From Styela clava (lineage: Eukaryota): a stretch of DNA of 64,000 nucleotides. Below the pieces are notes generated by a model. That model ran no database searches. It was given only the letters and a program-made list of their open reading frames with translations, and was not told where the DNA came from. Position 1 is the stretch's first letter; every line of letters begins with the position of its first letter. The DNA lies in contig NC_135259.1 of NCBI RefSeq assembly GCF_964204865.1, forward strand, positions 13,020,001 through 13,084,000, written 5' to 3'. A program made the translations under genes and the position numbers. Positions 39,127-54,119 of the stretch are shown here, one piece after another.

Positions 39127-42100
39127 ATGAAACTTGAAGATTATCTGAGTCAGGTGGGATCGTTTGGACTCTATCACAAACGTATCTATGCAATAACATT
39201 CATTGCTGCTATACCAAACATCTTTTTCACTCTTCATTTTCTATTCGCAAATTTTCAACCGGATTTTCGTTGTGATTCTTCTCATCATTTGAATGGATTA
39301 TTTCCAAACGTAAGCGATTTTATAGTTCAATACTTCATTATCTTACAGATAAGGGGTCTTTCTAATATTATATGAGAAGGAGGTCATTCAATCGGTGCCA
39401 TATATCCACCGGTGTTTCAAATTGTTCTATCGCTCAAAAAATTAAAATTTGAATATTTTATTATTTATGGCATTAGATGCTTATAAACTGTTTATCATAG
39501 AAATAAAAAAAGGGATTATAAATAATAAACTATTCAAAATCTCATATAATTCGATTACTGGAAATGGCCTTGACAACTTCAACTTTCCTGTCCCATATTT
39601 CAATCCCACTGCATGTAATGTTTCTAACTAAAAGAGAATGGAAGCGTTTCTGTGGTTGATCTCGTTTAGTTGAGTCATGCTCTGAGTAGAATTTAGTAAA
39701 ATAAAACTACATGAAACAATATTACTACTTGACTCTTGATTCGTAAAGATAAAACTGCTTTTTAATATTTTGTATTTAGATTACCAGCGAGCACAACTTC
39801 GCCATTGTCAATTCCACGGCATACCTTGAACAAAACGTTACTGGACTTAATCAGTGCTACACACCGTTACTCGCAACTAGTGATGGAAACAAAACAAATA
39901 GTAACGCTTCCACAATATTTGTTAAATGTCAAAATAAATGGATTTTTGACCTAAAACCTTATCAAAAAAGTGCAGTAACAGAGGTAAATATGATTATGCT
40001 AATTAAGTTGTATTTTTAGGATGAAGTGTTTGAGATTCACATATATCAAAATTTCTGATTAAAAGTGTATGATTATTCTTGATGTTGTTTTTTTGCTTCC
40101 AAATATATATAAACGGTATTTATATCCGTTTAAACCATATAAAACTGAATACCCACTCCACCAGAGTACACAAAACTGCTCAAAATGACAAAAACTACAA
40201 ACATCCAATAAGTTAATTTTCAATAAATATAATTATTGTTAGTGAATTTAAAATTATACGTGTTCAGTTTGGACTTATATGCGATCTGTCGTGGAAAGCG
40301 CCTCTAGTGATATTTATATTCCAAATTGGAAAACTTCTTGGTGGAATCAGCAACGCGTTTGGAGACAGGTTTTTTTGAAAGTTGTTATATTTTGCCTCGA
40401 TTATATATATATACTTGTTTTTATGCAATTAACTATTATATTAAATGTATTTTTAGTTATTCTTCATAGTATAATGAATACTGTCGTTCGTTAAAGATGG
40501 GAGACATATATAATATGGTCCCGTTTTGTGAAGCTTTTTAAGGGCAATCACTTATGTAAACTGTGCAATTTAAATCAGTTTTTTTACCTGATGTATTAAA
40601 GCAAAAATATTTGTAATTTTACTGGAAATATTGAGCAAACCTCTAGAATTGCGGAAAATAAATCTGTGATTTATTAATCGTGTGAAATCAGATATCAAAA
40701 GTCTGTAAAATCTCGACGTAAAATTTGTATCAATCGCAATTTAGGTCAAAAATATATCGTATATTAAACCTTCACAGGTTTGGTCGAAAACCCCTTTTCG
40801 TCTTTTCATGTGTATTACAAACACTAGGAAATGCCATGGCAGCGATATCTTGGAATTACGTTATTTACATCATTTCTGCGTGGATCGTGGGAGTTGGAAT
40901 GACTATAAATTATTGCATTTGTTTTGTTATAGGTAATGAAATATAATAGTAATATCAGTGAACAAATATTTCGTTTACCAATTTTCAAATCTAGAAGATT
41001 TTTCTGCAGTATTTTCTATTGATTTCGGAACAGAAATCCCACTTGGGTTGATTAGAAAATGCAACACAACAATGATTTGAGTAGCGTGTACCATGATACA
41101 GCTTTTTTCTTCTTGCTGCCATTATGTTAATGTCAAAGGTCTGGTAATTCAATGGTCATATATTACACTTCCACAAACTTTATTTATTAATGTTTCATCT
41201 GAAAAAATTAGGATTTTCTCATACAGTATACACTCATAAAAAACGGTCGTATCAACGTTCTGTTTTGTGAATGTTCATAATAATGTTCTTTTTACCCCCG
41301 TTAAGGTCTGATTCTCCTAGCAAGTCTGACTTTGGCCAAACGAAACGTTATACCACAACAGGTGTTGAAGTAGGAGCAAAACTTTTGAAACACGCAAAAA
41401 AATACTCATTTAACAACATAAAAATCTAGATAAAATTGTATTTTCAGCCACTGAAACCATCGGTGTTAAAAAGCGAAACTTCGTGGCTCTAGGATCGTTT
41501 ATATCGTCAGCAGTAGCCTACATCGCCGTACCTGGTTTAGCATACTTCTTGCAAGATTGGAAGAAATATCTTTGGGCAGCAACAGGACTTACTGTGGTGT
41601 GTTACGCGCCCTGTTGCTGGTAACTTTTTACACAGTATCTGATAATTCCAACATTTTTGCTATCTAGATCCGTCTCTGTGGTCTCTTGGACACGAATTTA
41701 TTACGTTTTCATTGTATTTAGCTCCGACAACATTGTGATTCTTTACAAATCCATTTAGAATTTTTTTTGTCATTAGGTTGTTTCCCGAGTCGGCTCGATG
41801 GTTGCTGAAAAAGGGTAGAATGCAAGAAGCAAAAAAAGAACTAGAAACCATAGCAAAACTGAATGGTACAAAAGCAAATTATCAACAAATATTGAAGGCA
41901 AGTATACTCATATATATATAGAAAATCTACTTGATTCATCACGCTCATTTTTGTTACAAAAAAACATTCCGGGAAACATCTTGAATGTGTTCAAGCATGA
42001 ATGTTTTATTTTGATATTTCAAGGATAACGTTATTGAACTTGATTCTACGATTCACCAAATGAAGACCACTGGATTGATAGAAACTGCTCGTATACTTTT

Positions 42101-43919
42101 ACGTTCCCGTATCAGATGGAGGTTTTTTACTTGTTTTTATGGATGGTAAATATTTTATTTGGGCACGAAATGTACATGTGGATTGTTTTGCTGAATTCTA
42201 TTTGTTGCTGGATTTATATTATAGGCTTCTGTTGATGTTGTTATTTGCATTTTCCTGACAAGTAATTGACCAATCGATTTGGGATGAGTACTCAGAGTCG
42301 TCGCTAGAATGCCGGTACTTTAATATTTTTTCAAATTTTTGTTATCAGCGTTTTTTATTTTGTAATATTTCAGGTTGGTTACCTGCATGGTGTATTATGG
42401 TATAATTCTTCATTCGACACGTTTTAGCAAGGATCGATTTCTGAATTGCTTCATCGCGGGAATAGTGGAATTTCCGGCCTACAGTGCGGCATTTTTTGCG
42501 ATCAAATATATAGGAAGACCCCGAACGTTTTCTTTCTGCATGTTCTTGTGTGGATTTTCTTGCTCGTTATTGCCATTCATGCCAGGTTTGTGTCGTAAAG
42601 TTTCTTGTACGCGAACATAACATACATCTACATGTTAGTAGCACAATATACTGTAGATCAAAATGTACATTGATGTTGTCCACACATATTTTGTCATATA
42701 AAGTCAGTCAATCAATCACTATAGAAAAGAACATTCATTGTTTTTTCACAGCCATGTTTCATCTATAACAGATTTTCGTGCATAAACGTTTGTGACATTC
42801 ATGTTTGTTATTGTTTCTAGAAAACTCCAGTCTCACCACTGCGGTTGCAATATTATCAAAAGCGGGAGTAACAACAGCATTTTTTGCCATATACACAATC
42901 TCTTCTGAAATTTCCCCCACGCTACAGAGAAGTTCGCTGCTTGGCATGGGTTCTGGTCTGGGTCGCATTGGATCGTGCTTAGCTCCGTTCCTTATGTTCA
43001 TGGGTAGACGAAGGCTCAACTACTTTTTTCACTTTATCTTTTACGCACAGAAACTATCATTTTATAGATAAAAAATGTTGACATCTACTAAAATTGTATA
43101 GAAAATTACTTTAGAATATCAAACGGCACAAAACTGTGAACATTCCAATTCATTCATTGATTAAATATTTACCACGGAATTAACAAAATTATGTTAATCT
43201 GTATCATTTATAATAAAATTTAATATGTATGAAACCGTATAGGCGTTTGTGTAGACCTTTGAGGGGAGTGACGGCCTTGCTACATACACTTCATAAAGGA
43301 TTAATTGTAAAATATGTTTTTATTTCAGGAAAATTTTATCATTTTTTACCAAATATTACAATGGGAGCATTGGCCATTTTTTGTGGAGTAATAACATTGA
43401 TATTCATACCTGAGACGAAAGGACAACCCATGCCAGACACCGTCGAAGAAGCATTGAATAATACTCGGTAATATGATCTACAATCTATTTTTAATACCTC
43501 AATTAATACATGCGTTAAACAATTACAGAATTGTTGATAAGACATCCCCGATAAGTTTAAAATATTTACTCCAAAATTTATACATATTAATTCAATTAGG
43601 ATTAAAATAACAGATCACCGTATTTGAATATTTTGTAGTTTTTATTTCTAAATTGGGTTCTTACAAATTCAATTTTCCTCTAACTTTATTTGAGATCATT
43701 AAGACTAGCCGAGTTGGCCAAGTAATGTTTCGAAATTATATTAAAGTTTAGTTGCTGGTCAATGTTCGTGAAAAAATGTAGCTGTAATAAAATATAGAAG
43801 TGTTTAATTTGCGATCAAATTCTTGCTTTAGAATTTACGGTTGGAGAATATGTAGAAGTCTTGCTTCACAGATAGAAGATGTGACGACAAATGCAAACAA
43901 GAAAGTTCATGAAGTTTGA
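39127..43919 (+). CDS. SLC22-family organic cation/anion transporter (MFS), copy 1; exons 39127-39309, 39780-39983, 40268-40368, 40778-40932, 41448-41619, 41777-41897, 42024-42145, 42374-42585, 42821-43003, 43329-43467, 43832-43919
   Basis: LEDYLSQVGSFGLYH start, SAVTE|FGLICD, DR|FGRKP, FPESARWL, YIGRP, SEISPTLQRS, PETKGQPMPDTVEEA: the canonical SLC22 motifs in canonical order. Confidence 0.93.
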
Positions 43920-45117
43920 GTGTTGATAACTCCACGAAAAAAAAACTACTTGTATTCATTATTGTTACATTTGATAATAAATGCAAATGATTTGTCTATT
44001 TTAACATTTTATGCTAATCACTATTTAAACAAGATGGAACGACTGGATATCTCATCAAGAAACTGCTTAGAAGTATGAGGAAAAATAAAATTACAAAAAC
44101 GTTTCACCGGTTTGGGTTTGCACATCTCATATATACAAAAAGGTGAAAGTCTAAGCGAACTCGCCAGAAAAAATTCGTTTTGGGAAGTGCTCAAAACTTG
44201 AAGGAGTACTTAATGCTAATAGTTGTCAGGCTCGAACGTAATCGACCAAAATCAATTTCGTAATTACGGCATAATCGCTTACTCAAAGACGCCGTAATTG
44301 CGATAGTTTTACTCATATTCAGAATTTGAATATCCTATGAAACATCTTCCGCAAATCTAAAAAGGGATGGCTTCAAAATTATTTTCATCCCGACCGATGT
44401 GATTGCAAATTCTCACGCAAAAGATCGAATCCTTGCCCTATTCCGGTGACGGCGGGCCTCAGTACTGGTGCTCGGGATACCCAGTTTAAAGAGCCCTGAT
44501 CTAGAGCATGAAAATGAAAATTATTGTCTTGAGTCTTGACTCGCTCCTATTTATCATTTCAATATTTCCAAATTGTGATGGCCAATGCTATTTTTCCTTT
44601 TGTTAATGGCCATGAACTCAACTGAAAGAGACCCTCGCCGAGTATATTTTAGGTGGGTATAGGTGTATGCCAAAGCTGAATTGGTTATCTTTGAAATTCG
44701 TTTATAATTATAATTGCCGCAGACTGCAGTTCGCAAACAAAGTATAAGATAATCGACAAAAGCAAATAGGTATCCGGAATGTGACAAATATATTACTTCT
44801 ACTTGATGATTTTGTTCAATTTTTCAGCATAAGATTATTTTTACTTTCAGTCTTGCATACAGCTATTTTGCGATGTTATATATGTAAAGACGTTCAGTTA
44901 CATTTAGTATATGAAGCATTCACCAACCTAAGCAGGATAATAAGGTTAAGATGATATATCACAGACTCAAACTCAGAAGATATAGGAACAGGTTACCCCA
45001 AAAAAAATTTTTTTTTGCTTTAGTATATTATCTGTATACGATATAAATAGAGGTTAACACGATAGTAATCAATTGAATATAAATTCTTCAATTGAGACAT
45101 TGAGACTAAATTTAATT

Positions 45118-48100
45118 AAGAAACTTGAAGATTATCTGAGTCAGGTGGGATCGTTTGGACTCTATCACAAACGTATCTATGCAATAACATTCATTGCTAT
45201 ACCAAACACTTTATTCACTCTTCATTTTCTATTCGCAACATTTCAACCGGATCTTCGTTGTGATGTTTCTGATCATTTGAATGGGTTATTTCAAAACGTT
45301 AGTAAGTTTTTATTTCAATACTACATTACAAATAAAGAGTCTCTGCTGAGGAAGTCATTCAAATGGGGAGATATATCCACCCGTGTTCCTAACAACTCGA
45401 TAGGCAATGTATTGCAAGAAGTTTTAAATATACTGTACATAGAAAGAAATTTTGAATAATGAAATAATCCGATTATTGGAAATCTTTTATAATTTCTACT
45501 CTGGTAAATGACATTATCCTCGATAGAATGTACTGAATACTAATCTTATACTGCCATAAAAGTTGCATGTAATTTTTCTATCTAGAAAAGGAAGGCGCTT
45601 TTCCGTCGTTGATTTCTCTCTCTTTTAGTTTCGTACTTGAGTAAACTAGAAAAAACGACATGCAACAATATTATTAAACTTATAGATTAGTAAAAGTACA
45701 ATTTCTTCTTATTGATATATTTCAATCTAGATTACCAGTGAGCAGAACTTCGCCCCTCACAATACCATAATAAACCCGGAACGTAATTTTACTGATGTTG
45801 ATCGATGCTACATGCCATTACTTGCAACCCTAGAGGGAAACAAAACAAATACTAACACTTCAACAATAAATGTTGAATGTCAAAATAAATGGATTTTCGA
45901 TATGAAACCGTATCAAAAAAGTGCAGTAACGGAGGTAAAAAATATATATGAAAATTTAGTTGCATTTTGTTTAGTATCGAGTGTTTGGGATGCACTAATA
46001 TTATCATTTTTTATTAAAATGTATGGTCATTTTTGATGTTGCTTTTTTGGTTCCAAATATGTTACCAATGCTAATCAGTATTTGTTTAACTAATACTGGA
46101 TACCCACCGCACCAGATTACACGACCCTGTTTTAAAATGATGAAAACGTCAAATATCCAATAATTGATTTTTCAACAAATACAATTATTATTAATAAATT
46201 TTAAATCACACCTGTTCAGTTCGGACTTGTATGCGATCTGTCGTGGAAGGCGCCTCTAGTGATATCTATATTCCAAATCGGAAAACTTCTTGGTGGATTC
46301 AGCAGCGCCTTTGGGGACAGGTTTTTATAAAAGTTCTGATATTTTGTCTCAGTTATATACTTGTTCTTATGTAGTTTTTTTCTACATTTTTATTTATTTT
46401 TCATATTATGGATATTGTTGTTTGGTATTAGGGATGTAATACATATATAATATGATCCCGTTACTTTAAAAAAGTAATCACTTATGTGAACTGTAACTAA
46501 ATTTTATTTACCCGGGCCTGAAAACAATGTATTGAAGCAAAAATATTTGTAAACATATAGAATTGCGTAAAATAAAATAGTGATTTAAATCAGATATCGA
46601 ATGTCTGTGAAATCTCGAGGTAAAATTTGTATCAATCGCCATTCTAGGCCAAAAATAACTTATTTAATGAGCTACCCTAATGCGTCTTTCATTAATCTTT
46701 TACAGGTTTGGTCGCAAAACCCTTTTCGTCTTTTCATGTGTGTTACAAACACTAGGAACTGCCATTGCAGCGGTTTCTTGGAACTACGATATTTACATCA
46801 TTTTTGCGTTCATCGTAGGAATTGCAATGAATATAAATTACTGCATTTGTTTTGTTATAGGTAATAAAATTAAGGTACTATTATCCCGTAATCATGTAAT
46901 CGTAATATCAGTAAACAATGTCTTTTCAATCTCCAACTTTTAAAATCTGGAAGATATTTCTGCAGTATTTTTCCTGATTTTGGAACAGAAATCTCACGTG
47001 CCCGGGGTGATAAGAGGAAAATGCAACACGTATTTAAGGTTGACGGAATTTAGCAAAAAATATGAAGCTTAAAAATACAGGTTGATTTGAGTAGCGTCTA
47101 CCATAATACAGCTTCATTCTAACTGTTATTATGTTAGTGCCAAATGTCTGTGTAGTTCAAGGTGATGTATTACACTTTCATTCCTTAATGTTCCATTGAC
47201 AAAATTGGGACTTCCTAATACACTTAGACTACTACACTATTGATGCACATTGGTATACCACAACAAGTGTTGCAGCTTAATGCAAATCATTTGAAACACA
47301 CGGAAAATACCTATTTAACAACATGAAAATCTAGATAAAATTGTATTTTCAGCCACTGAAACCATCGGTGTAAAAAAGCGGAACTTCGTGGCTGTAGGAT
47401 CGTTTATAGCCTCATCAGTAGCCTACATCGCAGTACCTGGATTAGCATACTTCCTGCAAGACTGGAAAAAATTTCTTTGGGCAGTAACAGGATTTACTGC
47501 GGTGTGTTACGCGCCCTGTTCATGGTAACTTTTTACAACAAGTATCTGATGATTTCAATATTTTTGCTATCTAGATCCGTGATTATGGATGTAAGTTTCG
47601 AATATTTTTTTTTCGAATCGAATTTCGAATCACAATAAATCCGATTTCAATTCTATTTAGTATATCATCATAATACCGTTCGATTTCTTCAAATTTGAAA
47701 GAAATATAGTATAAATTTTGATAAAATAACAATAATGAGCTTAAACAATTAAGAAAGTTACTAGAAAAGCACACTACCAAATATATAAACAACTACCAAA
47801 TATATTACGGCTGAGATTTATTTTTTGTTACATCAAGGTATACTCAGTTACATATTTACTTACATACAATTATGTTTGCAAATAATACCGGGTGTAAAGC
47901 GATTGTTTCTTCTAAAATTGATCTTCAAAATTCATTCAAATGGTAAACGCTAGTTAGTATATATACCGTATGCGCCATGATTTTGAAAGAATCGATGATA
48001 ACGAGGGAAGCATCGCAGACATGTTTTTAATAAGGTATAAAGCGATGATGTTTTATTATAATAATATTGTCTAGATAATTTGAAGAAACGTTCAAAATAT

Positions 48101-51100
48101 TTGTGAAACTTTGTTACATTTTAGGTAGTCGGACAAAATTGAGCAAAACCATTGGTCCCTCGAAAGCTGCCACCAATATGAAATATAACGACTCTGGGAG
48201 TGTCACGGCTTGGGAAAGCTGTGATCGTGAGGATCATAAACGCTTTTGGTCGCTATAAGGGCAGCGCCGTTGTGTCGTGCAATTGCCTTGTGTTATCTAT
48301 TGATTTTTTTTAAATAGAATCAAGCCCCCTTTTCCTAAATTGTTTCGAATCGATTCGAATTGACGTTGATTCGAATCGCTTCGATTCGAAAACTTACATC
48401 CCTATCCGTGATATATTCGGACTCTTGGACACGAAATTAATACCCACTCAGTGTATTTAGCTTTCTCAACAATTTTATGTTGCGCTTTGTGAAACTCGAT
48501 TCTTTACAAATCAACCGAGGTCTTTTTTGTCATCAGGTTGTTTCCCGAGTCGGCTCGATGGTTGCTGAAAAAAGGTAGAGTGAAAGAAGCAAAAAGAGAA
48601 CTAGAAACCATAGCAAGACTAAATGGTACAAAAGCAAATTATCAACAAATATTGAAGGCGAGTACTTAAAGCCATGGTGTAAATATAGAAAAAATACTTG
48701 ATTCATCATGCCCATTTTTGTTACGAAAAAACATTCAGAGAAATATCTTGAATGAGCATGAATGTTCTATTTTGATATTTCAAGGATAACGTTATTGAAC
48801 TTGATTCTACGATACACCAAATGAAGACCACTGGTTTAATAGAAACTACTCGTATACTTTTACGTTCTCGTATCAAATGGAGGATTTTTACCTGTTTTTA
48901 TGGATGGTAAATATTTATATTTGGGCATGAAATGTACATGTAGATTTTTAGCCTAATTCTAGTTCTTGCCTAGGTTTATATTACTGCTGATGTAGTTATT
49001 GGGATTTTCCTGGCAACCAACAGACCAATTGATTTCAGTTCGGTATTCAGAGTACTCATGGGAGTCGCCGCTAGAATGCTATTACTTTAACTTTTTTGCA
49101 AAGTCCTACGGGGCCCAATATTCCATCAAACAATTTTGCTATTTTACTTTATTTGAAGGAAAGCATTTTCCATTAGCCATTTCTTGAACGCATCCGTGTT
49201 GCTTGCCCACTAATCTTTTCCGCAAACTCGATGCTTCTGTCTCACCTTACCGGTACCCATGAGTGACCTACATGTTCATATGTCTTAGCATTGCTCTCCT
49301 GTCATCTCATACCAATATTATTCAACTTGACGAAACGAGAAGTATTAGTGTTCCATATCTTGAAACATTTCAGGTTTGTTTCCTGCATGGTGTATTATGG
49401 CATAATTCTTCATTCGACACGTTTCAACAAGGATCGATTTCTGAATTGCTTCATCGCGGGAATAGCAGAAGTTCCAGGCTATATTGTGGCATATTTTGCA
49501 ATTAAATATATAGGAAGACCCCGAACGTTTGCATTGTGCATGTTTTTGTGTGGATTTTCTTGCTCGTTATTACCGTTCATGCCAGGTTTGTGTTATAAAA
49601 TTTTTTGTACGCGAACATAACATGTATATACATAGTATATAGATAGAAGCACAATATGGATCAAAATGTACGATGAGTATATAAATAGAAACACAATATA
49701 TCAAAATATACTATGATGTTGTCTACACAAATTGTATCATATAAAGTCAGTCAATCAAACGCTATAAAAAAAGTACATTCAATGTTTTTTCACAGGCATG
49801 TTTCAATTTTCACAGATTTTCTTGCATAGACTTTTTATGACATTTTGTTTGTTATTGTTTCTAGAAAATTCTAGTCTCACCACTGCGGTTGCAATGTTAG
49901 CAAAGGCGGGAGTAGCAACAGCATTTTTTGCAGTATACACAATCTCTTCTGAAATTTCTCCCACGCTACAGAGAAGTTCACTGCTTGGCATTGGTTCTGG
50001 CCTTGGTCGCATTGGATCATGCTTGGCCCCTTTCCTTATGTTTATGGGTGGATGAAGGCTAATCTATTTTTTTTACCTTAACCTTTATGCATTAGAGAAC
50101 CATTGTATTTTATGTACTAAAAATCATGACAACTACAGAAATTCCTGGATTGTTATAAAAACTTACTTTATGATATATATAAAGCGGCACAAAACCGTGA
50201 ACATTCCAGTTAAATTTATAATTACCACGAAATTAACAAAATGATGTTAACTGTTATCATTTGAAACCAAGGTTCGTATAGAGCAGCGTTTCCCAACCTT
50301 TTTTGGTCGCGGACTATTTTATCACAGGCGAAAACCTTTGCGGACTCAAGCTGCGTTTATTGCAACCGTACTCTCTGTGAAGAAGCAATAAAACCAAACA
50401 TAACAGAATTTTAACAAATTTCAAAATCGGAAATTCGCCGCAATTTACGCGTTCATTAAAATAGCCGACTTTTTTAGTGTATATATAATGGCCTTTTCTG
50501 TCGCACAATATTCAATCCATGACAACGACGAGCATTTAACAAGTCTCTCTATTTTAATTTAATTGTGTTCTTGGTAACTCGCGGTTGCGTCGACTTTCGA
50601 CAAAATGAAAGCATTACTTCTTTAAAATGCCACGGCAATCTGCGAACATAATAATATGAGAATATATTGCCCGATTATAATTAGTTTTGATACTTTTTTT
50701 TGCGATGTTGCGAATTTGTTATCGCCGTTAGAAAAATCCTACTATCTGCTATAAATGTCCAGAAAGTACAACTTGATATAGTACTTAAAAATATATTTAA
50801 ATTATATTAGTAAATCAAAAATACATCTTCATCTCCTTGCTTTATTACTAATTTAATTCTGATAAATTTAATCTGCGGTTGTGTTGAGGAAATAAAAGAA
50901 AAACTTTCAGAAAATACCATGACAATCCGTGGACACAAGAATGCGTAGTAAAGTGCCCGATTATATTTTGTTTTAATTCGTATTTTTGTGAATTCGACAA
51001 ATCTGAACACTTACGGCGCTCCAGTACTGTACGTACCGATGCGGAGGCAGTAAAACAAAGAATCATAAGGGAAAATGCCCCCCTGGTACGTATACTACGG

Positions 51101-52284
51101 TAGCCCCCAAAATATTGCGATTTGCAATGTCTAAAAAAGCGTTTTTAGACTATCATAAAACAAAACTTATGGTGTTATCCGTTATATTTTTAGTTTTTTG
51201 TATTGCCGCTTTTCAATTCAGAAAATTAGGGTTGCCACCATTGACACCTACCAGAAAATTTTTTTATTCCTCGTTGTTCGAACTCGCGAGAAACACCCCT
51301 TAGGTATCTATCGAAGCGTGTACAGACTCGTGTTTTCGTCGAAAATCCGCAAGCGAGTTGTGAAATCCAATCGTTTGATTAAGCGACGCACAAGTGACCT
51401 GTCGCGTCACGTGTTACCAAATTTTCGAATAGTGAATTGCTATTCTAATAGTTGAATATATTCCCAGCCCTATACTCAGTAACCAGTAATTACTGACTCG
51501 ATTAATGTTATGCGAATAAACCTGCTTTTTGTGTGTTATGTAAATTCTAACGTTGATCGAAACTTGGCTGATAGTTAAGTTTCGCAAAAATGGCCCGCAG
51601 TGAATTTCTGACTCGTTGCGGACTCATTCCAACGCTCGGGTTGGGAAACACTCGTATAGAGCCTTCAGTGGGGTGACGGCATTGGTGCACTTCATAAAAG
51701 ACAAATTAAAAAATGTTTTTATTCAGAAAAATTCAATCATGCGTTACCAAATATTACAATGGGAGCATTGACCATTTTTTGTGGGGTAATTACATTGATA
51801 TTCATACCTGAGACGAAAGGACAACCCATGCCAGACACAGTGGAAGAAGCATTGGATAATAATCGGTAATTATCTACAATCTATTTTAATAGCTTAATAC
51901 CTGCGATAAACAATTACAGAATTGTTGATAAGACGTTTACGATAAGTTTAAAATATTTAATCAAAGATATATACATAATATTTCAATAAGGATTAAAATA
52001 ATAGATCACCGCATTTAATATTTTTCAGTTTCTTGTAAATTGTGTTCTTACAAATTCAATTTTTTTTTCAACTTTATTTGAGTGCATTTAGACTAGCCTA
52101 GTTGGCTAAGTAAGTTTTGTTGTTGGTCAATGTTCGTGAAAAAAATATGGTAGCTGTAATAAAACACAGATGTGTTTAATTCACGATCAAATTTAGAATT
52201 TACGGTTGGAGAATATGTAGAAGTCTTGCTCCACAAAGTGAAGATGTATCAACAGATGCAAACAAGAAAGTTCATAAAATTTGA
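45118..52284 (+). CDS. SLC22-family transporter, copy 2 (tandem paralog); start codon reads AAG, so possibly a pseudogene
   Basis: All 11 exons are recognisable and colinear with copy 1. ATG AAA CTT GAA in copy 1 corresponds to AAG AAA CTT GAA here. Two intronic TE insertions are absent from copy 1. Confidence 0.75.
47584..48404. mobile_element. Non-autonomous hAT-like element in intron 5 of SLC22 copy 2
   Basis: TIRs ta(t)ggatgtaagttt / aaacttacatcccta and 8-bp TSD tccgtgat; absent at the paralogous site in copy 1. Confidence 0.85.
50284..51653. mobile_element. Non-autonomous hAT-like element in intron 9 of SLC22 copy 2
   Basis: TIRs cagcgtttcccaacc / ggttgggaaacactc and 8-bp TSD gtatagag; absent from copy 1. 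Confidence 0.85.
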
Positions 52285-53834
52285 GTGTTGAGAACTCCAC
52301 GAAAAAAACATTATTTGTATTTATTAATATTACATTTGATAATAATTGAAAGTGCTTTAAACTTATCTAACATTTAACATTTTATGTTAATTAATATTTA
52401 AACAAGATGGAAAGACTGGATATCTCATCAAGAAACTGCTTGGAAGCATGAGGAGAAATAAAATTACAAAAACGTTTCACCGGTTTGGATTTGCACATCT
52501 CGTGTATATGAAAAAGGGTAAAAGACTAAGCAAGCTCTCCAGAAAAATTCGTTTTGATAAGTGTTCAAAACTTGAAGGAGTACTTGATATCTATAGATGT
52601 CAGGCTCGCGAGTAATTGACCACAACCAAGTCCGCAATTACGGCATAGTCGCTTACGCAATGACGCCGTAATCGCGATTATTTTACTCAAAGTCGGAATC
52701 TTAAATTCCTATGCAACGTCTTCCGAAAATTTAACCGTGAGTGATAGGGTTCGACTTCAAAATCCCTCTGGCTGCGCCACCGGTTTGAAGCCAATCAGCG
52801 GCTAAGTAAATTCCGCAAAAATAGAATAGGAGGCAGAGATGGAGCAAAATCAACACAGCATTTGACCGATGCAGTAAATTACACACTATTGACTGAAGGT
52901 GCACGAATTCAATCTAAAGAAAATTATCATTTCTGCGTTTATGTTCATTCCCGAGGTGAAGAGAATAATTTTGCAGAACGGAACAGGCGGGAGTAAACGT
53001 TTGGTCCAAAATTGCGACTCCGGGTAATTCAAAATTTGTCGATGCAACTGAAAATAAATTCTGTACAACCCTATTAGATGGCATAATATTTTAAAACACC
53101 CTGATTAGTACATAACGAAAGCAACATCTCCGTTAGGAGACTTTGATCTGTGTTGTCAAAAGTGTTATGACAAAATATTCTAATTGTAGTTTGCTTGTGG
53201 GAAGTTATATATTTTGTATGTATTGTGTGAGTTAATGAAGATAGAAAGCTGTATGGAAATGTATTACGACATGAAGATCAGGACGGGCCACTTTCACTTG
53301 GTATATTAGCTTCATTTGTTCATGTATATAACTAATCAAAGTTTGTAGTAGTTGGGATAGATTGACTACGTAATTCAGTAATCAAGAACTGAGAAACAGA
53401 TGAGCTATGCTAAAATATATTGACACGAAAGGTGCACATCGGTACCATCGAGTTTGTTGAAAATATCGGCGGACGATAAGTAATACGGATGCGGTCGGAA
53501 AAAACGTAATAAAAAGTGTTAGAATAAAGCAGCAAAATTTCTGAAATATCGGTTCTCTGATACATTTAAAAAAAAGATTACAGGTAATAACAGCTTCTTC
53601 CATTTTTGAGTTATGAAAATGTGAAATCGATTGACCCATCACTTACACAAGAAAGCAATTTATTTCAACCAAACAGTCACCAAACAACAACAAGAATTTT
53701 ACAAACGATCAAAATGCATGCTCGATTTCCAGTAAATCATTAGAATGGTAAGCTTTTTCAACTCAAAATACGAAATTGAATTGATCGATGGAAATCTTAA
53801 ATATGTTATGAAGTAAAATATGATTGGTTCAAAG

Positions 53835-54119
53835 CGGTGGCTCTCAAACTTTTTTACCCTCGCCTCCTTTTTAGAATTTGTCGAGTTTCGCGCCCCACCC
53901 CAAAAATAACTAGCTAACAATAAGCTGCAAATAACAGATAATAAGGCAAAAGTATATTTCATTTACGTTGAAAATACGTGAATGAAACGTAAATAATGAA
54001 ATAAATAAAAAGTTTTGAAATGTAAACATGAAAAATAGGGCGGGCAGGATCAAATCTAACAAGAACTTTTATTTTTAATTAGCTACAAGCCCCATCAAAA
54101 ATTGTCTTGAGAATCACTG
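53835..54119. mobile_element. Degenerate hAT-type MITE; a related left end lies at about 32298
   Basis: cggtggctctcaaac ... ttgagaatcactg termini; approximate TSD gttcaaag/atttaaag. Confidence 0.5.

Larger units (their letters stand above)
33890..39934. repeat. Apparently identical tandem duplication, period 3,023 bp (33890-36911 and 36913-39934)
   Basis: Six ORFs in the track recur identically at +3023 (e.g. 34440/37463, 36104/39127). Boundaries were read directly. Confidence 0.95.
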
